Below, piece by piece: positions 25,078 to 39,634 of a DNA stretch of 64,000 bases (position 1 is its first letter; the number at the start of each line of letters is the position of its first letter). Below the pieces are notes generated by a model. It ran no database searches and was not told the origin of the DNA. It saw nothing but the letters and a program-made list of their open reading frames with translations. The DNA comes from Octopus vulgaris. Its lineage: Eukaryota. The DNA lies in the NCBI GenBank assembly GCA_951406725.2, contig OX597842.1, forward strand, positions 24,552,001-24,616,000. The letters run 5' to 3'. Both the position numbers and the translations under genes were made by a program.

Positions 25078-27053
25078 TAATACAGGGTACAAACCATAGC
25101 ACTGTAGTATCTGCAGTAAATTATTCCGTTTAAGAAATTATTTAATTAATGACAAGTCTGCTCATACTGGAGAGAAACTATGTGACTGTGATGTCTGCAG
25201 CAAATCATTCTCTTGTGAATATGCTGTATATACTTATAAACGTATTCATACAGGAGAGAAACTCTATTACTGTGATATCTGAGGTAAATCATTCTCTGTG
25301 GAACAATATTGAACTCATCACAAATACATTCATACAGGAGAGAAATCATATCACTGTGACATCTGGGACAAGTCATTCTTTCATAGAGAGAAATAATAAA
25401 CTAAACAAACATATTCATACAGGAGAAGATTCTTATGACTGTGTAATCTGTGCTAAATCATTCTCTCAATAATCTACCTTAACTAAACATATACTTATTC
25501 ATATTGATCAATAACAATATCAATGATAAAACAGATGTCCTGCTGAATAAAATACAGCAAATGTATTACTTTTTACAAAATAAATTCATTTTTCACATTT
25601 TCCTCATTTGCATCAACTCACTAATTACGATTTGTGTTTTTTATTCAAACAATATTGATTATATTAATTTGCTCTGTTTTCTTGAGGATATATTATTTTG
25701 ACACAAATGTATTACACTCCAGTTCCCAGCCATGATCAGTTATCCTCTGCTGGACACACTCAGGGATCCCAGGATCTGCACCCTTTGTGCTACTGCCCAC
25801 ATATTCTGGCACTAGCTGGAGGCTTATTGCTGTTTGTCACAGTTTTGGGTGTAGAGTGGGAAATATTTTTCAAGAGCCTAATGCCCCACTCTACCTATGG
25901 TTCAAGCACATCCCCGCTCAACCCATGCAAGGGATTATCATCATACTTATTTTTTGCTAAATCATTCTGTAGAGCAGGTTTTCATGGTCTTGTTCTTACC
26001 AGACACCAAGCAGGGATTTATGATGGGCATCTGGTTAGAATGGCACCTGTTGTGATGAGAGTTACCATGTCCCCTTGTGAGAGATAGACTGGTTCGAGTA
26101 AAGTATAAATAGTAACGATCTGAGTGGGTTTGCGGTTCAGAGTCAACTGAAGTCGGAAGGTGTCGCTTGGTTTACTTCCTAAGGAATATTGAATCTTGGT
26201 TCGTAAAAGATTTGTTAGTTCATTAGATTGTTGTTACAATTTTCTGGTTATCTTATTTATTGTACGGAACAATTATGTTACAACATCTGGCGATGAGGGT
26301 TTCGAAGCTCTTGCAGGTCAGTTAACAAATTTTGTGATACAAAATTGTTTAATCATGGAAGACTAATTAGCTTCTTTAAAACTGTTGCAAAATCAACGAC
26401 AAAGGCAGCAACAACAACAATTATTGGGGCTTTATTCAAAGAAGTCCAAAAACAAGGGAAGTACATTTTTGCCAGACGCCACTTTGGACTCGATGAATCA
26501 GTTATAACCTGAGGACGGTATAACTGTTGCATTGTACTACAGCAGGTAATTTTTAAGGAAGATTGTAAGACATGGTCAGACACAGAAAAAGTAAGGTTAT
26601 TATGACATAAATGAGCCCTATATGAGTATGAACATTTTTAATTTCATATTACCCAAAAAAACTCAATGAAATTTGTTTTAAAGAAACAATAGAATTACTG
26701 TCTAACATATTCGGTGATAAAACTTCTCTAACACTTGGATGGTGTTTTGGAATATAATGAAAAAAGAGGATGGTGATTTTATCACATACGCAGTAACAAT
26801 TAACAGAATGTGTGAATATTTTTAAACTCAAAGAATTTACACCTGAGATGTTCAGGTGTCTTCTTTTGGTACAAGGCCTTACAACACTGAAGATACAGAA
26901 ATTCACACTGCAGAACTAAATTCTGAAGATCAACCATTAAAGATCCTAGAGGGCTCTCAACAGAAACAAAATTCGTACATGTAAAAATGATTGGAATACA
27001 TATTAAACTTCAGTTAGACATTGGAAGTGATATTTCAATAATAAATATGGATA

Positions 27054-27441
27054 CAGTCAACTCTCCCTACTATGCCAGTTTTGCAGATGCCCAGAGAGCA
27101 TGGAGCACTATCCGAAAGTTTATGCAGCAGAAGAGCAGCGGAGAACCCAGGGTCATGCAGGCGTATGATAGGCTAGACAATGAAAACCGCCGAAAGTAGA
27201 TGCGTCAGCCGACAATTTTTGAGAGCTTCAGGATTAACTAAAAGCAATTTGAACTTAATTAACATGGATGTCTTCTTTTTACCATTGCATTGAACTTCTT
27301 ATTGGCCTTACTTCCTACCCTATGAATTTTTATTCGTATGTTCAGTAAATTTTTGGTTATGTAGTGTTTAGATAACAGACCCTCGGTACTATGCCACTCT
27401 GGCTCAGTCCCGCAGGGTGGCAAAGTAGCGAGAGTTGACTG
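27054..27441. mobile_element. Tc1/mariner (pogo/Tigger-like) MITE; mate at 56108-56504
   Basis: TIR CAGTCAACTCTCSCTACTWTGCCA with TA on both sides; empty site ATGGATACATGGAAG at 12551. Confidence 0.85.
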
Positions 27442-27469
27442 TATATGGAAGAAAATAGGGAAACCTATC

Positions 27470-27673
27470 TCTTCTACATGTTTCAGTCATTTGACAGTGG
27501 CCATGGTGGAGCACCGCCTTTAGTCGAGCAAATAAACACCAGGACTTATTCTTTGTAAGCCCAGTACTTATTCTATCAGTCACTTTTGCCGAACCGCTAA
27601 ATTACAGGGACATAAACGCACCAGCTTCAATTGTCAAGCGATGTTGGGGGGAGAAATATAGACATACAAACTT

Positions 27674-27708
<35 letters not shown>

Positions 27709-28265
27709 CATACATATATATGATGGGCTTCTTTCAGTTTTTGTCTACCAAATCCACTTACAAGGTTTCAGTCGGCCCGAGGCTATAGTAGAAAACACTT
27801 GCTCAAGGTGCCACGTAGTGGGACTGAACCCGGAACCTTATGGTTCAGAAGCAAGAAACTTACCACACAGCCACTCCTATGCCTATACTCTTTTACTTGT
27901 TTCAGTCATTTGACTGCAGCCATGCTGAGCACCGCCTTTAATCGAGCAAATCGACCCCAGGACTTATTCTTTTGTAAGCCCAGTACTTATGATATCGGTC
28001 TCTTTTGCCGAACCACTAAGTGACGGGGACATAAACACACCAGCATCGGTTGTCAAGCAATGCTAGGGGGACAAACACAAACAGGCACATATATATATAT
28101 ACGACGGGCTTCTTTCAGTTTCCGTCTACCAAATCCACTCACAAGGCTTTGGTCAAGCCAAGGCTATAGTAGAAGACACTTGACCAAGATGCCATGCAAT
28201 GGGGCTGAACCCGGAACCTTATGGTTCATAAGCAAGCTACTTACCACACAGCCACTCCTGCGCCT
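27470..28265 (-). mobile_element. Two tandem tRNA-derived CORE-like SINEs (family 2); other copies at ~12590-13040(-), 19405-19625(+), 36910-37560(+), 46685-47315(-), 55314-56075(+)
   Basis: A box TGGCTGTGTGG, B box GGTTCAGTCCC, CORE-like CACCTTGGGCAAGTG, internal (TA/TG)n, tail ...TGACTGAAACAAGTAAAAGA. Confidence 0.8.
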
Positions 28266-28479
28266 ATGTTGAGAAAAACAGCAAAATTTCTTTGTAGCAT
28301 GACGGGTGACAAATTAAATTTCATAGGCGAAATGTGGGGATATGTCACATTTCAAGTGAAAGCATGCAATGTCTTCATTGTTAAATATGTTGATTATCTG
28401 TTTGGTACCAATTTTTTTTTTCTTGTTTCAGCTCAGAGCTGCGGCCATGCTGATGCACCGCCGTTTTGTACTAAAATGT

Positions 28480-28780
28480 TATTACGAAGAACTTCCTCTA
28501 ATGTGTGGCACTTGGTGAAGAATGGAGTTTGATATAGCTACTCTCATTTGCACCTCTTGCCGTGAGGTAGGTTCATCTGGGACTCTCGACAGGAAGATGT
28601 CCAGCTTTGATTTAAAAATCACTACATCTACTTTGTGCAAGTTCCTCAGACTCTTTGGGAGAATATTAAAAAGCTGTGGGCCCTTGAAACCCAGGCTGTT
28701 GCAGAAGCTGGTCCTGAAGCATGATGTCATTGCCGGGATCTTTGGCACTATGCAATGTTGTCCCGTTCTAAAATTGCTGT
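28480..28780 (-). mobile_element. CR1/L2-like LINE 3' fragment; copies at ~13480-13620(-) and ~54800-55096(+)
   Basis: GPQLFNILP...FKSKLDIFLSRVPDEP C-terminal motif. Confidence 0.75.
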
Positions 28781-30835
28781 AGTTTACAATGCAATTAGTT
28801 AGAATTATTCAATATGGGACTTCCCTATAAATATCTATTGTAAAAATGTAAATGGTTCATCATCATCATTAACATCCACTTTCCATACTGGCATGGGTTG
28901 GACGATTTTGACTGAGGGCTGGTGAGCCAGATGGCTGCACCAGGTTCCAATCTGATCTGGCAGAGTTTCTACAGCTGGGTGCCCTTCCTAATGCCAACCA
29001 CTCCGAGAGTGTAGCGGGGCCGTCCAAGAATTTGGACCTGGAGATCTCCATTTCCAGCGACTTCAAGGGCCACCTCCCAGTGGTGTCGTGCGTCAATGGA
29101 AAGCGCCCTCGACTGCAACAAGACGACCACAGATTTTTTATTTCCCTTACCTGTCTTGTTGCTTAACAACAAGAGTGTAGTGGGTGTTTTTCAAGTGTGA
29201 CTGGCACGGAAGGGGGCGCAGCCAGATAGCACTGGCATAGATAAGGCTCAAATGGTAGTTCTTTTGTGCCAACTCATTATCTCACATTCACAGCATCATC
29301 ATCGTTTAGTGTCCGTTTTCCATGCTAGCATGGGTTGGATGGTTCGACTGGGGTCTGGGAAGCCAGAAGGCTGCACCAGGCCCAGTCTGATCTGGCAGTG
29401 TCTCTATGGCAGGATGCCCTTCCTAACGCCAACCACTCCGTGAGTGTAGTGCATGCTCTTTACGTGCCACCGGCACAGGTACCAGGGGAGGCTGGCAGCA
29501 GCCACGATCGGTTGGTGCTTTTTACATGCCACCGGCACAGGTGCTAGATGAGGCTGGCAAACGTCCATGATCGGATGGTGCAAATGGCCATCTTAACATT
29601 TAATACCTTGTGTTTTGTAAATCAAATAATATCAATAAATTATAAAACAAACGCATAACAAGAAGAAATTTTGAAGAACAGACGTTATTTTAATGAAATA
29701 TATCTTGTAATCACCTGAAAAGACACATCTACACTGTTGGATACCCATAAAGCAACTCTTCAATATCCCACTCATAAAGGATCGAAGCAAGATGTGTTGA
29801 AGCAATTATAGTGATCAATAAATATTCTTGTATCTTCCGTTAATTATATCATTATCATCATCTATTTCTTTGCTGCCCACAAGGGACTAAACATAGAGGG
29901 GACAGACAAAGGGATTAAGTCGATTACATCGACCCCAGTGCGAAACTGGTACTTTATTTATCGACCGCAAAAGGATGACAGGCAAAGTCGACCTTGGCGG
30001 AATTTGAACTGAGAACGCAACGACAGACGAAATACCGCTAAGCATTTCGCCCGGCCTGCTAACGTTTCTGCATCATCGTCATCGCTTAATGTCTGCTTTC
30101 CTCGATGGCATGGGTTGGACGGTTTGACCGGGTCTCTGGGAAGCCAGATGGCTTTACCAGGCTCCAGTCTGATCTGGCAGTGTTTCTACAGCTGGATGCC
30201 CTTTTCTCCATGCCGAGCAGGGCCATCTCCCTGACAGGATCTGTCTTTGGTCTTTGCTAAATTTACTGTATGGTTTTTCAATCCAGATCTTGCTTCCATA
30301 CCTGAAATTTGTTCTCTAATTGTGGTAGGGATTCAGCAATAAGAACAAGGTCATCAGTTTGGAAGAGATCCCAAGGGCAGCCAATCTCAAATTCCTTCCT
30401 AATGCCAACCACTCCGTGAGTGTAGTGGGTGCATTTTACATGCCACCAGCACAGGTGCCAGGCAAGGCTGGCAACGGCTATGATCGGTTGGTGCTTTTCA
30501 CCAGCAAGGAAGCCAGTCAAGGTGGTGCTGGCATCAGCCATGTTCGGATGGTGCTTTTTACTTGCCACCGGCACAGGTATCACAACTACAATTTCCATTG
30601 GTTTATTTGATGTTAATGTACTTGACTCAATAGGTCTCCTCATATATCAATGTAAGTTCCATGGATCAAGGTGTAGAATTGTATCAACTAGAAGCACCAG
30701 CAATGCTATCTTCCTGGTGAGGCAAAAGCAGAAGTATTTGGTCAAAGATATATCTTTGCATTTGGATTTTGTTGACATGGAGAAAGCTTTTGACAGAATC
30801 CCCTACTCTATTATTTGGGGAGCAATAGAGAAGCT

Positions 30836-31197
30836 AAGTTAAGTTAATTTTTTGGCTCAAAAAGCAAAAAGCAAGGCCATGTAGGGGGACATGGAATTAT
30901 GTACAGGGAGGGTAGTCATACAAAGTGTTCAGGCCATTTCTGGTCAAGAGGGACTTTGAACCGAGTGGTCGTCGGCATCTTCACTATCTCATCCGGCAGC
31001 TTTTTCCACGGATCCGCAACCCGGACTGAGAAAGCCATTCTCCATCGATTGAGATGAAATTGTCACAGATAGAGCTTTTCAGAGTGACCCTGCAGCCAAC
31101 GCTCTGGAGCAGGAGTGAAGAACAGCTCTTTCGAGAGGTTACACTTTCTGCTTATGATGTTGTGAGCAAGAATGAGATCACCACAGCATCGTCGTTT
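30836..31197 (-). mobile_element. CR1-like LINE 3'-end insertion found only in the left arm
   Basis: Interrupts AGAAGCTA|GGGAGAGATG, which is intact at ~15135 and ~53540; minus-strand RRCCGDLILAHNII...GHSEKL. Confidence 0.7.
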
Positions 31198-32367
31198 AGG
31201 GAGAGATGAGTGGTTGGTGAGACATGCAAAAGCCATGTATAGGGATGCTGTCAGTAAGGTAAATGTCACCAATGAGTATAGCATGAATTTTAGTGTAAAA
31301 ATAGGAGTTCACCAAGGATCGTTTTTCACCCCACTCTTGTTTATCATAGTCCTGCAAGCAATAACAGAGGAATTTAAGATTGGCTGCCCTTGGGATCTCT
31401 TCCAAGCTGATGACCTTCTTATTGCTGAATCCCTACCAAAATTAGAGAACAAATTTCAGGTATGGAAGCAACATCTGGATTGAAAAACCATTCAGTAAAT
31501 TTAGCAAAGACCAAAGACAGAGATGGCCCTATTAGGCATGTAGAAAAGATGTCAGGAGAAACTCCATGTAGTGTACCCAGTACAAGCTATGGACACATAT
31601 TGTTCATTAGATTATAGGCTGCAGATCGTGGGATAGCCTAAGCATGTCCAGCAGAGAACAACTGATCATCGTTGGGAACTGGAATGTGATACAATGGTGT
31701 CGAAATAATATATCCACACGAAAACACAAATGAAGAAAATGTAAAAAATTTATTTGTCTCAAAAAAAGTAATACAATTGCTGTATTTCATTCCCCATTTT
31801 ATCACTGGTATTGTTATTGATCAATATGAATAAATACAGGTTTAGTTAAATTACATTAAGAGAATGATTTTGCACAGATAACACAGCAATATGTCTTCTC
31901 TCCTGTATGAATGCATTTAAAATTAGTTAAACAGCATAATCCTAAGAGAATGATTTACTACAGATATCAAAACCAAAAATCAAAGTCATAATCGATCAAC
32001 ATCAATGGAATTTGTAGCTGTGATACCAAGGCCGGTGGCACATAAGAGAACCATCTGAACGTGGACGTTTGCGAGCCTTGTCTGGCACCTTTGCCGGTGG
32101 CATGTAAAAAGCACCCACTAGACTCACGGAGTAGTTGGCGTTAAGAAGGGCATCCAGCTGTAGAATCACTGCTAGATCAGACTGGAGCCTGGTGCAGCCT
32201 TCTGGCTTTCTACACCCCAGTTGAACCGTCAAACCCATGCTAGCATGGAAAGCGGACGTTAAACGATGATGATGATGAACACAGTGATACAATATCTCCC
32301 CAATCTAACTGGATTTGTGATAAAAATATTTTCTTACACAGAATGATTTACTGCAGATATTACTGTG

Positions 32368-33924
32368 CTATGCTTTCTCTCCTGTATGAATGTATTTGTG
32401 TCTAGTAAGGTTACTTTTTCCAGAGAATGATTTACCACAAATATCACACTGATATGGCCTCTCATCAGTGTGAGTACGTTCATGAGCAGTTAAATAACTT
32501 CTTAATACAAAGGATTTACCACAGATATTGCAGTGATATGGTTTCTCTCCTGTATGAATTGATTTGTGAGAATCAAAGTTACCTTTTTGAGAGAATGATT
32601 TACCACAAATATCACACTGATATGGTTTCTCTCCTGTATGAATGTATTTGTGTCTATTAAAATTACTTTTACGAGAGAATGATTTATCACAGATATCACA
32701 GTGATATCGTTTCTCTCCTGTATGAATGTATTTGTGTCTATTAAGGGTACTTTTTCCAGAGAATGATTTACCACAGATATCACATTGATATGGCCTTTCA
32801 TTAGTGTGAGTAAGTTCATGAGCAGTTAAATTACTTCTCACTACAAAGGATTTACCACAGATATTGCAGTGATATGGTTTCTCTCCTGTATGAATTGATT
32901 TGTGATAAGTAAGGCTATTCTTATGAGGGAATGTTTTACCACAAATATCGCAGTGATGTGGCTTCTCACCTGTATGTGTTAGTTTGTGAGTAATTAAATG
33001 ACTTTTTAATGAAAAGGATTTATCACAAATATCACAGTGATATGGTTTCTCTCCTGTATGAATGTATTTGTGTTTAGTAAGGTTACTGTTATGAGAGAAT
33101 GATTTACCACAGATATCACAGTGATGTGGTTTCTCTCTTGTATGAATGAATTTGTGAGAATCAAGGTTACATTTGTGAGTGAATGATTTACCACAAATAT
33201 CACAATGATATGGCTTCTCATGAGCATGAATAAGTTTGTGTTTAGTTAAAGAACTTCTTATTGAAAAGGATTTATTACATATATCACAGTGATATCATTT
33301 CTCTCCTGTATGAATGTATTTGTGAGAAGTCAGGCAACCTTTTTGAGAGAATGATTTACCACAAATATCACACTGATGTGGTTTCTCTCCTGTGTGAATG
33401 TATTTGTGAGAATCAAGGTTATATTTTTGAGAGAATGATTTACCACAAATTTCGCAGTGATATGGCTTTTCATGAGTATGTGAAAGTTTGTGTTTAGTTA
33501 AATCACTCCTTAGTGAAAAGGATTTATCACAGATCTCGTATTGATATGGTTTCTCTCCTGTATGAATGTAATTGTGAGTTTTAAGGTGACTTTTTTGGGA
33601 GAACGATTTACCACAGATGTCACAGTGATACGGTTTCTCTCCTGTATGAACTGAGTTGTGACAAGTAAGGCTACTCCTATGAGAGAATGATTTACCACAA
33701 ATACCACATTGATATGGTTTCTCTCCTGTATGAATGTATTTGTGATGAGTAAGATGATCTTTCTTAGAGAATGATTTACCACAGATATCACAGCGATATT
33801 GCTTTCCACTTGGATCAATACACTTGTGAACAGTGAGATTTGCTGTATTAGAAAAAGTCTTTTTACAGATATCACATTGGTCTGATAATTTTTCTCTTTC
33901 TCTTGTCATCTCCGGCGGATTCAT
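32368..33924 (-). pseudogene. C2H2 zinc-finger gene B2, ~18 fingers, in-frame TGA at 33295-33297 after finger 7
   Basis: ORFs 33295-34056 and 32368-32841 are in the same frame; MNPPEM ATG at 33924. Confidence 0.85.
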
Positions 33925-34868
33925 TATTCTTCTGCAGTATGCAACACCAAAATATATTTTTCTTTTCTTCTTTATAAATGTCTTTGTAGATTCAAATACT
34001 TCTACTGCTATATTTACAGCAAATCTGATCTTCTCGAATATCTGAAGATAATACAAAGACCTTCACAGATTTTTCAAATTCAAACAGAATGTAAAATACT
34101 GGCAATGAAGAAAACAAACGTTCGAATTAATTCCAAAGAAATATTTCACAGTTATTCACCATAGATTTGTAATAGAAACAAGGTTATATATATTATTTAT
34201 AATATCTTCCATTAGTCTTCAAATGATGATCAATATTCATGATGTATCTGATGTAAAAACTCCTTTATACCACTAACATCTCATATTCTGAAATGACACA
34301 GAAACAGTAGAAGATATAGGAAAGACTTAAAAAGCAGAGATTCAACTATAAAAAATATTACTACATTTTCATAATAATAAACTGTTTATATAAACCTTAA
34401 CCCGAATAATTAGTCTCTATACACAGACTTCCGTTCCTTTGCCTTCAGATATTACGTAAAATGTTAAACTACAAAATATTGGACAATAACTTCCTACTAT
34501 CTTCAGAAATGTGATAAGTCACTGTTGTTTAGCCCGGAATCATCCCTGGCTGAACAGGTCTATTAATGAAATTAGGTTGTGTTCACGACTTTTAAAATAA
34601 TAATAATGAAATTACTGTATACAGTGCTCAGGTGCACCACAACTTGTCAAAAGTGTGTATAAAGTATATGCAGTAATGTACAAATGTCTGGAAAGTGAAC
34701 AGTGTATGAGTCAGATACTTGATTGCGTGTGTATGGAGGGGAGAAAATCGGGTGTATTGTTGGCGAATCTGAGGAAGCATGGAAAGAAGCCCGTTGTATA
34801 TATGTGTATATGTATGTTTGTGTGTGTGCTTATGTGTCTGTGTTTGTCACACTAACATCGCTGGACAA

Positions 34869-35390
34869 CCATCCAGTGTCAAATTAATCACAGAACTTGA
34901 GGCAATCCAACGAAGCTACACAAAGAAGATAGCCTCTGTGCAGCATATGGGCTATTGGGAAAGACTCAAGAGATTAAGACTCTATTCCTTAGAGCGTAGG
35001 CGAGAAAGATATGCCATAATATACATCTGGAAGATCCTAGAAGGACTTGTCCCAAACTTTGGCATCGAGTGTTACACAAATACTAGAACTGGGAGCCACT
35101 GCATAGTGCCAAGGACTACAAATTTGCCATCAAGATATAGGACAAGATACTGTGATAGCCTGGGCTTCAGAGGTTCACAGCTCTTCAATATCCTCTCGAA
35201 GGACCTGAGAGACCTGCATGGGGTGGATGCAGATGTCTTTAAAATAAAACTGGATCTCTTCCTGTCAGGTGTCCTAGATGAACCAACTTCACGGCAGGAG
35301 GTGCAGATGAGGGCAGCTGCATCGAACTCTCTCATGCACAAAATGGCAATTGCTAAAAAGCATTCGTGAAGTAAAATCATATAGCAACAC
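34869..35390 (+). mobile_element. CR1/L2-like LINE ORF2 3' fragment; mate at ~48840-49355(-)
   Basis: LEAIQRSYTK...YWERLKRLRLYSLERRRERYAIIYIWKIL. Confidence 0.85.
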
Positions 35391-35799
35391 CAAATATAAT
35401 TTATCTAATTTTGACACAGTTTGGCTAACCGAATACGGTTGCTTAAAGCTCTAGTTAAGAATGCGAATGTCCAGTTCTATCTCATTATTATTATCATTGT
35501 TGTTGTTATTCTTTTGCACCGGCAGCCAGAGTGTTTGCCATTTCGTGGTGTGTCCGCCCATCCCACCCCCATCACCTATACTGGAAGTCCCCATGTTCTA
35601 ACCCCCATTGGATGCCTATCCCCTGAACACCTCCAATGGCTTAGATGCTCCCCCATCCATACTTAGTGTTTATCTCCTGTGGAATGCAGTGATAATTTAG
35701 TGCACAAAATAATGGTGTAGTGTGTGCAAGTTGAAGGCTATTGTATGTTTATGAGTTCTGTCAAATTCAAGCTTTCTTTTCAGGTACCTGATGCTGCTG

Positions 35800-36200
35800 T
35801 CCCCCACCTCAGGGTCTTGCAGGCCCACACCTTCCACAACCTCAGAATTGGCACATTGAAAGATAGGTCTGGTGAGATTGTTGAGATTCTTGAATGGAGC
35901 CATGTAGATTTGTGCTGCTTCCAAGAAGTAAGGTGGAGAGGAAGTTCTACTAGGTTCCTCACAAGCAAAGAACGTAGGTATAAGATTTTCTGGGTAGGGA
36001 ATACTGATGGAGTTGAGGGCATGGATATACTTCTTGCAGAGAGAATGGGTTGATAAGGTAATCAAGGTAGTCAGAGTCTGTGATAGAATACTTAAGCTTA
36101 GATTAGTGTTGCAACATGGGTTAGCAACCATAATCTTGGCTTATGCCCCTCAGCCAGGGTTACCTGATAAACAGAAAGACCGATTTCATGGCACCCTCTT
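35800..36200 (+). mobile_element. RTE-like LINE AP-endonuclease fragment; mate at ~48025-48430(-)
   Basis: IGTL...VDLCCFQEVRWRG, DRILKLRL...AYAPQ. Confidence 0.8.
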
Positions 36201-36580
36201 CTACTTACTTGTACTTGTGGCGACATTCACCCCAGGCGGGTTGAGTCGGCTTCTTCTACCACCCTCGAGGCATCTCAAACCATGGCAGCCCACGCACGAC
36301 GGTCCTGCGCCAGTTCACTGGAGATAGCAAGCCAGTCACGGTTCCATCGGCGCAGGCAGACCACCTGTGGACCCGTGAGCACAGAGAGGTCCTCCTTGAT
36401 CGTCGTAACCCAGGTCCTCAGCTGCCCGCCCATGCGTTTCCGCCAGTTGGGAAGTGGAGTTGGGAGGACATCACGGCTCAGTTCACCCACCGGATGCCTA
36501 CATGCATGTCCAAACCACCGCAAGCTCCGTTGCAGAAGGACAGATGGAAGGGGCCGCAGAGATTGGCGGTGGGAGTATAC
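36200..36580 (-). mobile_element. RTE-like LINE 3' end; mate at ~47645-48025(+)
   Basis: RWFGHACR...GGQLRTW...AQDRRAW with a (CAAGTA)n tail. Confidence 0.8.
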
Positions 36581-38018
36581 TTTACTCGGACCAGTCTACT
36601 CTCATCACAACAGGTGCCATTCTAACCAGATGCCCATCATAAATCCCTGCTTGGTGTCTGGTAAGAACAAGACCATGAAAACCGGATCTACAGAATGATT
36701 TAGCAAAAAATAAGTAGGCTGTATCATCCACTCTACACCAAACACTATGACAAAATGACACATCCACAAGAAAATAGAACAAATTAATTTAATCAATATT
36801 ATTTGAATGGAAAACACACATCATAATTAATGAGTTGAAGCAAATGAGGAAAATGGAAACAATTAATTTATTCAATAAAAAGTAATACAATTGCTGTATT
36901 TTATTCACCAGGCATAGGAGTGGCTGTGTGGTAAGTAGCTTGCTTACCAACCACATGGTCCCGGGTTCAGTCCCACTGTGTGACACCTTGGGCAAGTGTG
37001 TTCTACTATAGCTTCAGGCCAACCAAAGCCTTGTGAGTGGATTTCGTAGACGGAAACTGAAAAGAAGCCCGTCGTATATATCATCATCATCGTTTAACGT
37101 CCGTTTTCCATGCTAGCATGGGTTGGACGGTTCAACCAGAGTCTGGGAAGCCAGGAGGCTGCACCAGGCTCCAGTCGGATCTGGCAGTGTTTCTACAGCT
37201 GGATGCCCTTCCTAACGCCAACCACTCCATGAGTGTAGTGGGTGCTTTTTACCTGCCACCTACACAGGTACCAGACGAGGCTGGCAAACGGCAACGATCA
37301 GATGGTGCTTTTTACGTGCCACGTGTGTGTACGATTGTGTGCCTTTGTTTGTCCCCGCAACATCGCTTGACAACCGATGCTGGTGTGTTTATGTCCCTGT
37401 AACTTAGCAGTTCGGCAAAAGAGACAGATAGAATAAGTACTAGGCTTACAAAGAATAAGTCCTGGGGTCGATATGCTTGACTAAAGGCGGTGCTCCAGCA
37501 TGGCCACAGTCAAATGACTGAACCAAGTGAAAGAAAGAAAAGACATCTATTTCATGCCAGTTATTTTTATAGATCAATATGAATAAGAATATGTTTAGTT
37601 AAGGTAGATTATTGAGAGAATGATTTAGCACAGATTACACAGTCATAAGAATCTTATCCTCTATGAATATGTTTGTGTTTAGTTAAGTAATTACGAGAGA
37701 ATGATTAATCACTGATGTCACAGCGTTACGGTTTTTCTCCTGTATGAATGTATTCATGTTGAGTTAACCCACATGGTAAAAGAATGACAGTGCTATGGTT
37801 TCTTTCCTGTATGAATGAATTTGAGATTAGCTAAATATTGTTCCACAGAGAATGATTTAGCATAGTTATCACAGTGATAGGGCTTCTCTCTTGCATAAAT
37901 ACATTTATGAGTATATATAGCACATTCCCAAGAGAATGATTTACCACAGATATCACAGTTATATGGTTTGTCTCCTTTATGAATAGACTTTGAATGATTT
38001 ACTGCAGATATTAAAGTG

Positions 38019-39156
38019 CTAGGGTTTCTCTCCTGTATGAATGTGTTTGTGAGAATCAAGGTAACGTCTTTGAGAGAATGACATTCCACAGACATCACAT
38101 TGATGAGGTTTCTCTCCTGTATGAATGTATTTGTGTTTAGTAAGGCCTCTCTTCTGAGAGAATGATTTACCACAAATATCACAGTCATGTGGTTTCTCTT
38201 CTGTATGAATGGATGTGTGAGAAGAAACGTGACTTTTTTGAGAGAATGATTTACCACAGACATCACATTGATGAGGTGTCTCACCTGTATGAATGAATTT
38301 GTGAGTAGTTAAATTACGTTTTAATGAAAAAGATTTACCACAGATATCACAGGGATATGGTTTCTCTCCTGTATGAACAGATTTGTGATAAGTAAGGCAA
38401 CTCATTTGAGAGAATGATTTACCACAAATATCACACTGATATGGTTTCTCTCCTGTATGAACGGATTTGTGACAAGTAAGTCTATGCTTTTGAGAAAATG
38501 ATTTACCACAAATATCACATTGATAAGGTTTCTCCCGTGTATGACTGAATTTGTGATAAGTAAGGCTATGCTTAAAGGAGAATGATTTACCACAAATATC
38601 ACAGTAATATGGTTTCTCACCTGTATGAATGGACTTGTGTTTCGTAAGATTACTTTTATCAGAGAATGATTTACCACAAATATCACACTGATATGGTTTC
38701 TCTCCTGTATGAGTGGATTTGTGACAAGTAAGGCTAATCTTATGAGAGAATGATTTACCACAAATATCACACTGATAAGGTTTCTCTCCTGTATGAATGG
38801 ATTTGTGTTTAGTAAGGCTACTTTTATGAGAGAATGATTTACCACAAATGTCACATTGATATGGTTTCTCACCTGTATGACTGTATTTGTGAGAAGTAAG
38901 GTGAACCTTCTGAAAGAATGACTTTCCACAAATATCACAGTGATACCGTTTCGCTCTTGTATGAATGTAATTGTGTTTAGTAAGGTGACTTTTATCAGAG
39001 AATGATTTACCACAGACATCACAGTGATATGGCTTCCCCTCTGCATGAATGAATTTGTGAACAGTGAGATTTCTCTTATTACAATAAGTCTTTTTACAGA
39101 TATCACATTGGTATGATAAATTTTTCTCTTTCTTTTGTCATCTCTTGAGGATTCAT
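38019..39156 (-). pseudogene. C2H2 zinc-finger gene C1, 13 fingers, with a +1 insertion at ~39118 separating the ATG from the finger frame
   Basis: Minus strand GAAAAATTTATCATAC vs GAAAAATTAGCATAC in C2; finger frame appears continuous to the stop at 38019; degenerate tail to ~37575. Confidence 0.8.
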
Positions 39157-39634
39157 TATTGTCCTATAGTATACAAACAGAAAATATAATTTTGCTTCCT
39201 TTTTATATATTCCTATTGCTTATATTTCCAGCAGTTCCGATCTTCATCAAATACTGAAGATGATACAAACACCTTTGCAGATATCTCCCACTCCAAACAG
39301 AATGTGAAAGACTTTAGCAAATATTCCAGGCAATGATGGAAACAAATGTTGCCATTAATTCAGAAGATATATTTCACAGTTTTCCACCATAGACAAATTG
39401 TATAAACAGAGTTATGTCAAATATTTATAACATCTTCCATTAGATGATCAATATTCATGAAGTATCACTAACATTTCACCTCCTGAAATGACACAGAAAC
39501 AGAAGATATAGGAAAGACTCAAAAAGCAGAAATTCAACTATAAAAAAAATATAACTACATCTTCAAAATGATAAACTGTGGATAAAATCCTTTAATTTGT
39601 CTTTGAAATTTATTTATGGTAATTTATAATATGG

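Noticed and set aside
36910-36990. tRNA-like A/B boxes
   Set aside because: Heads of SINEs followed by SINE body and tail, not tRNA genes
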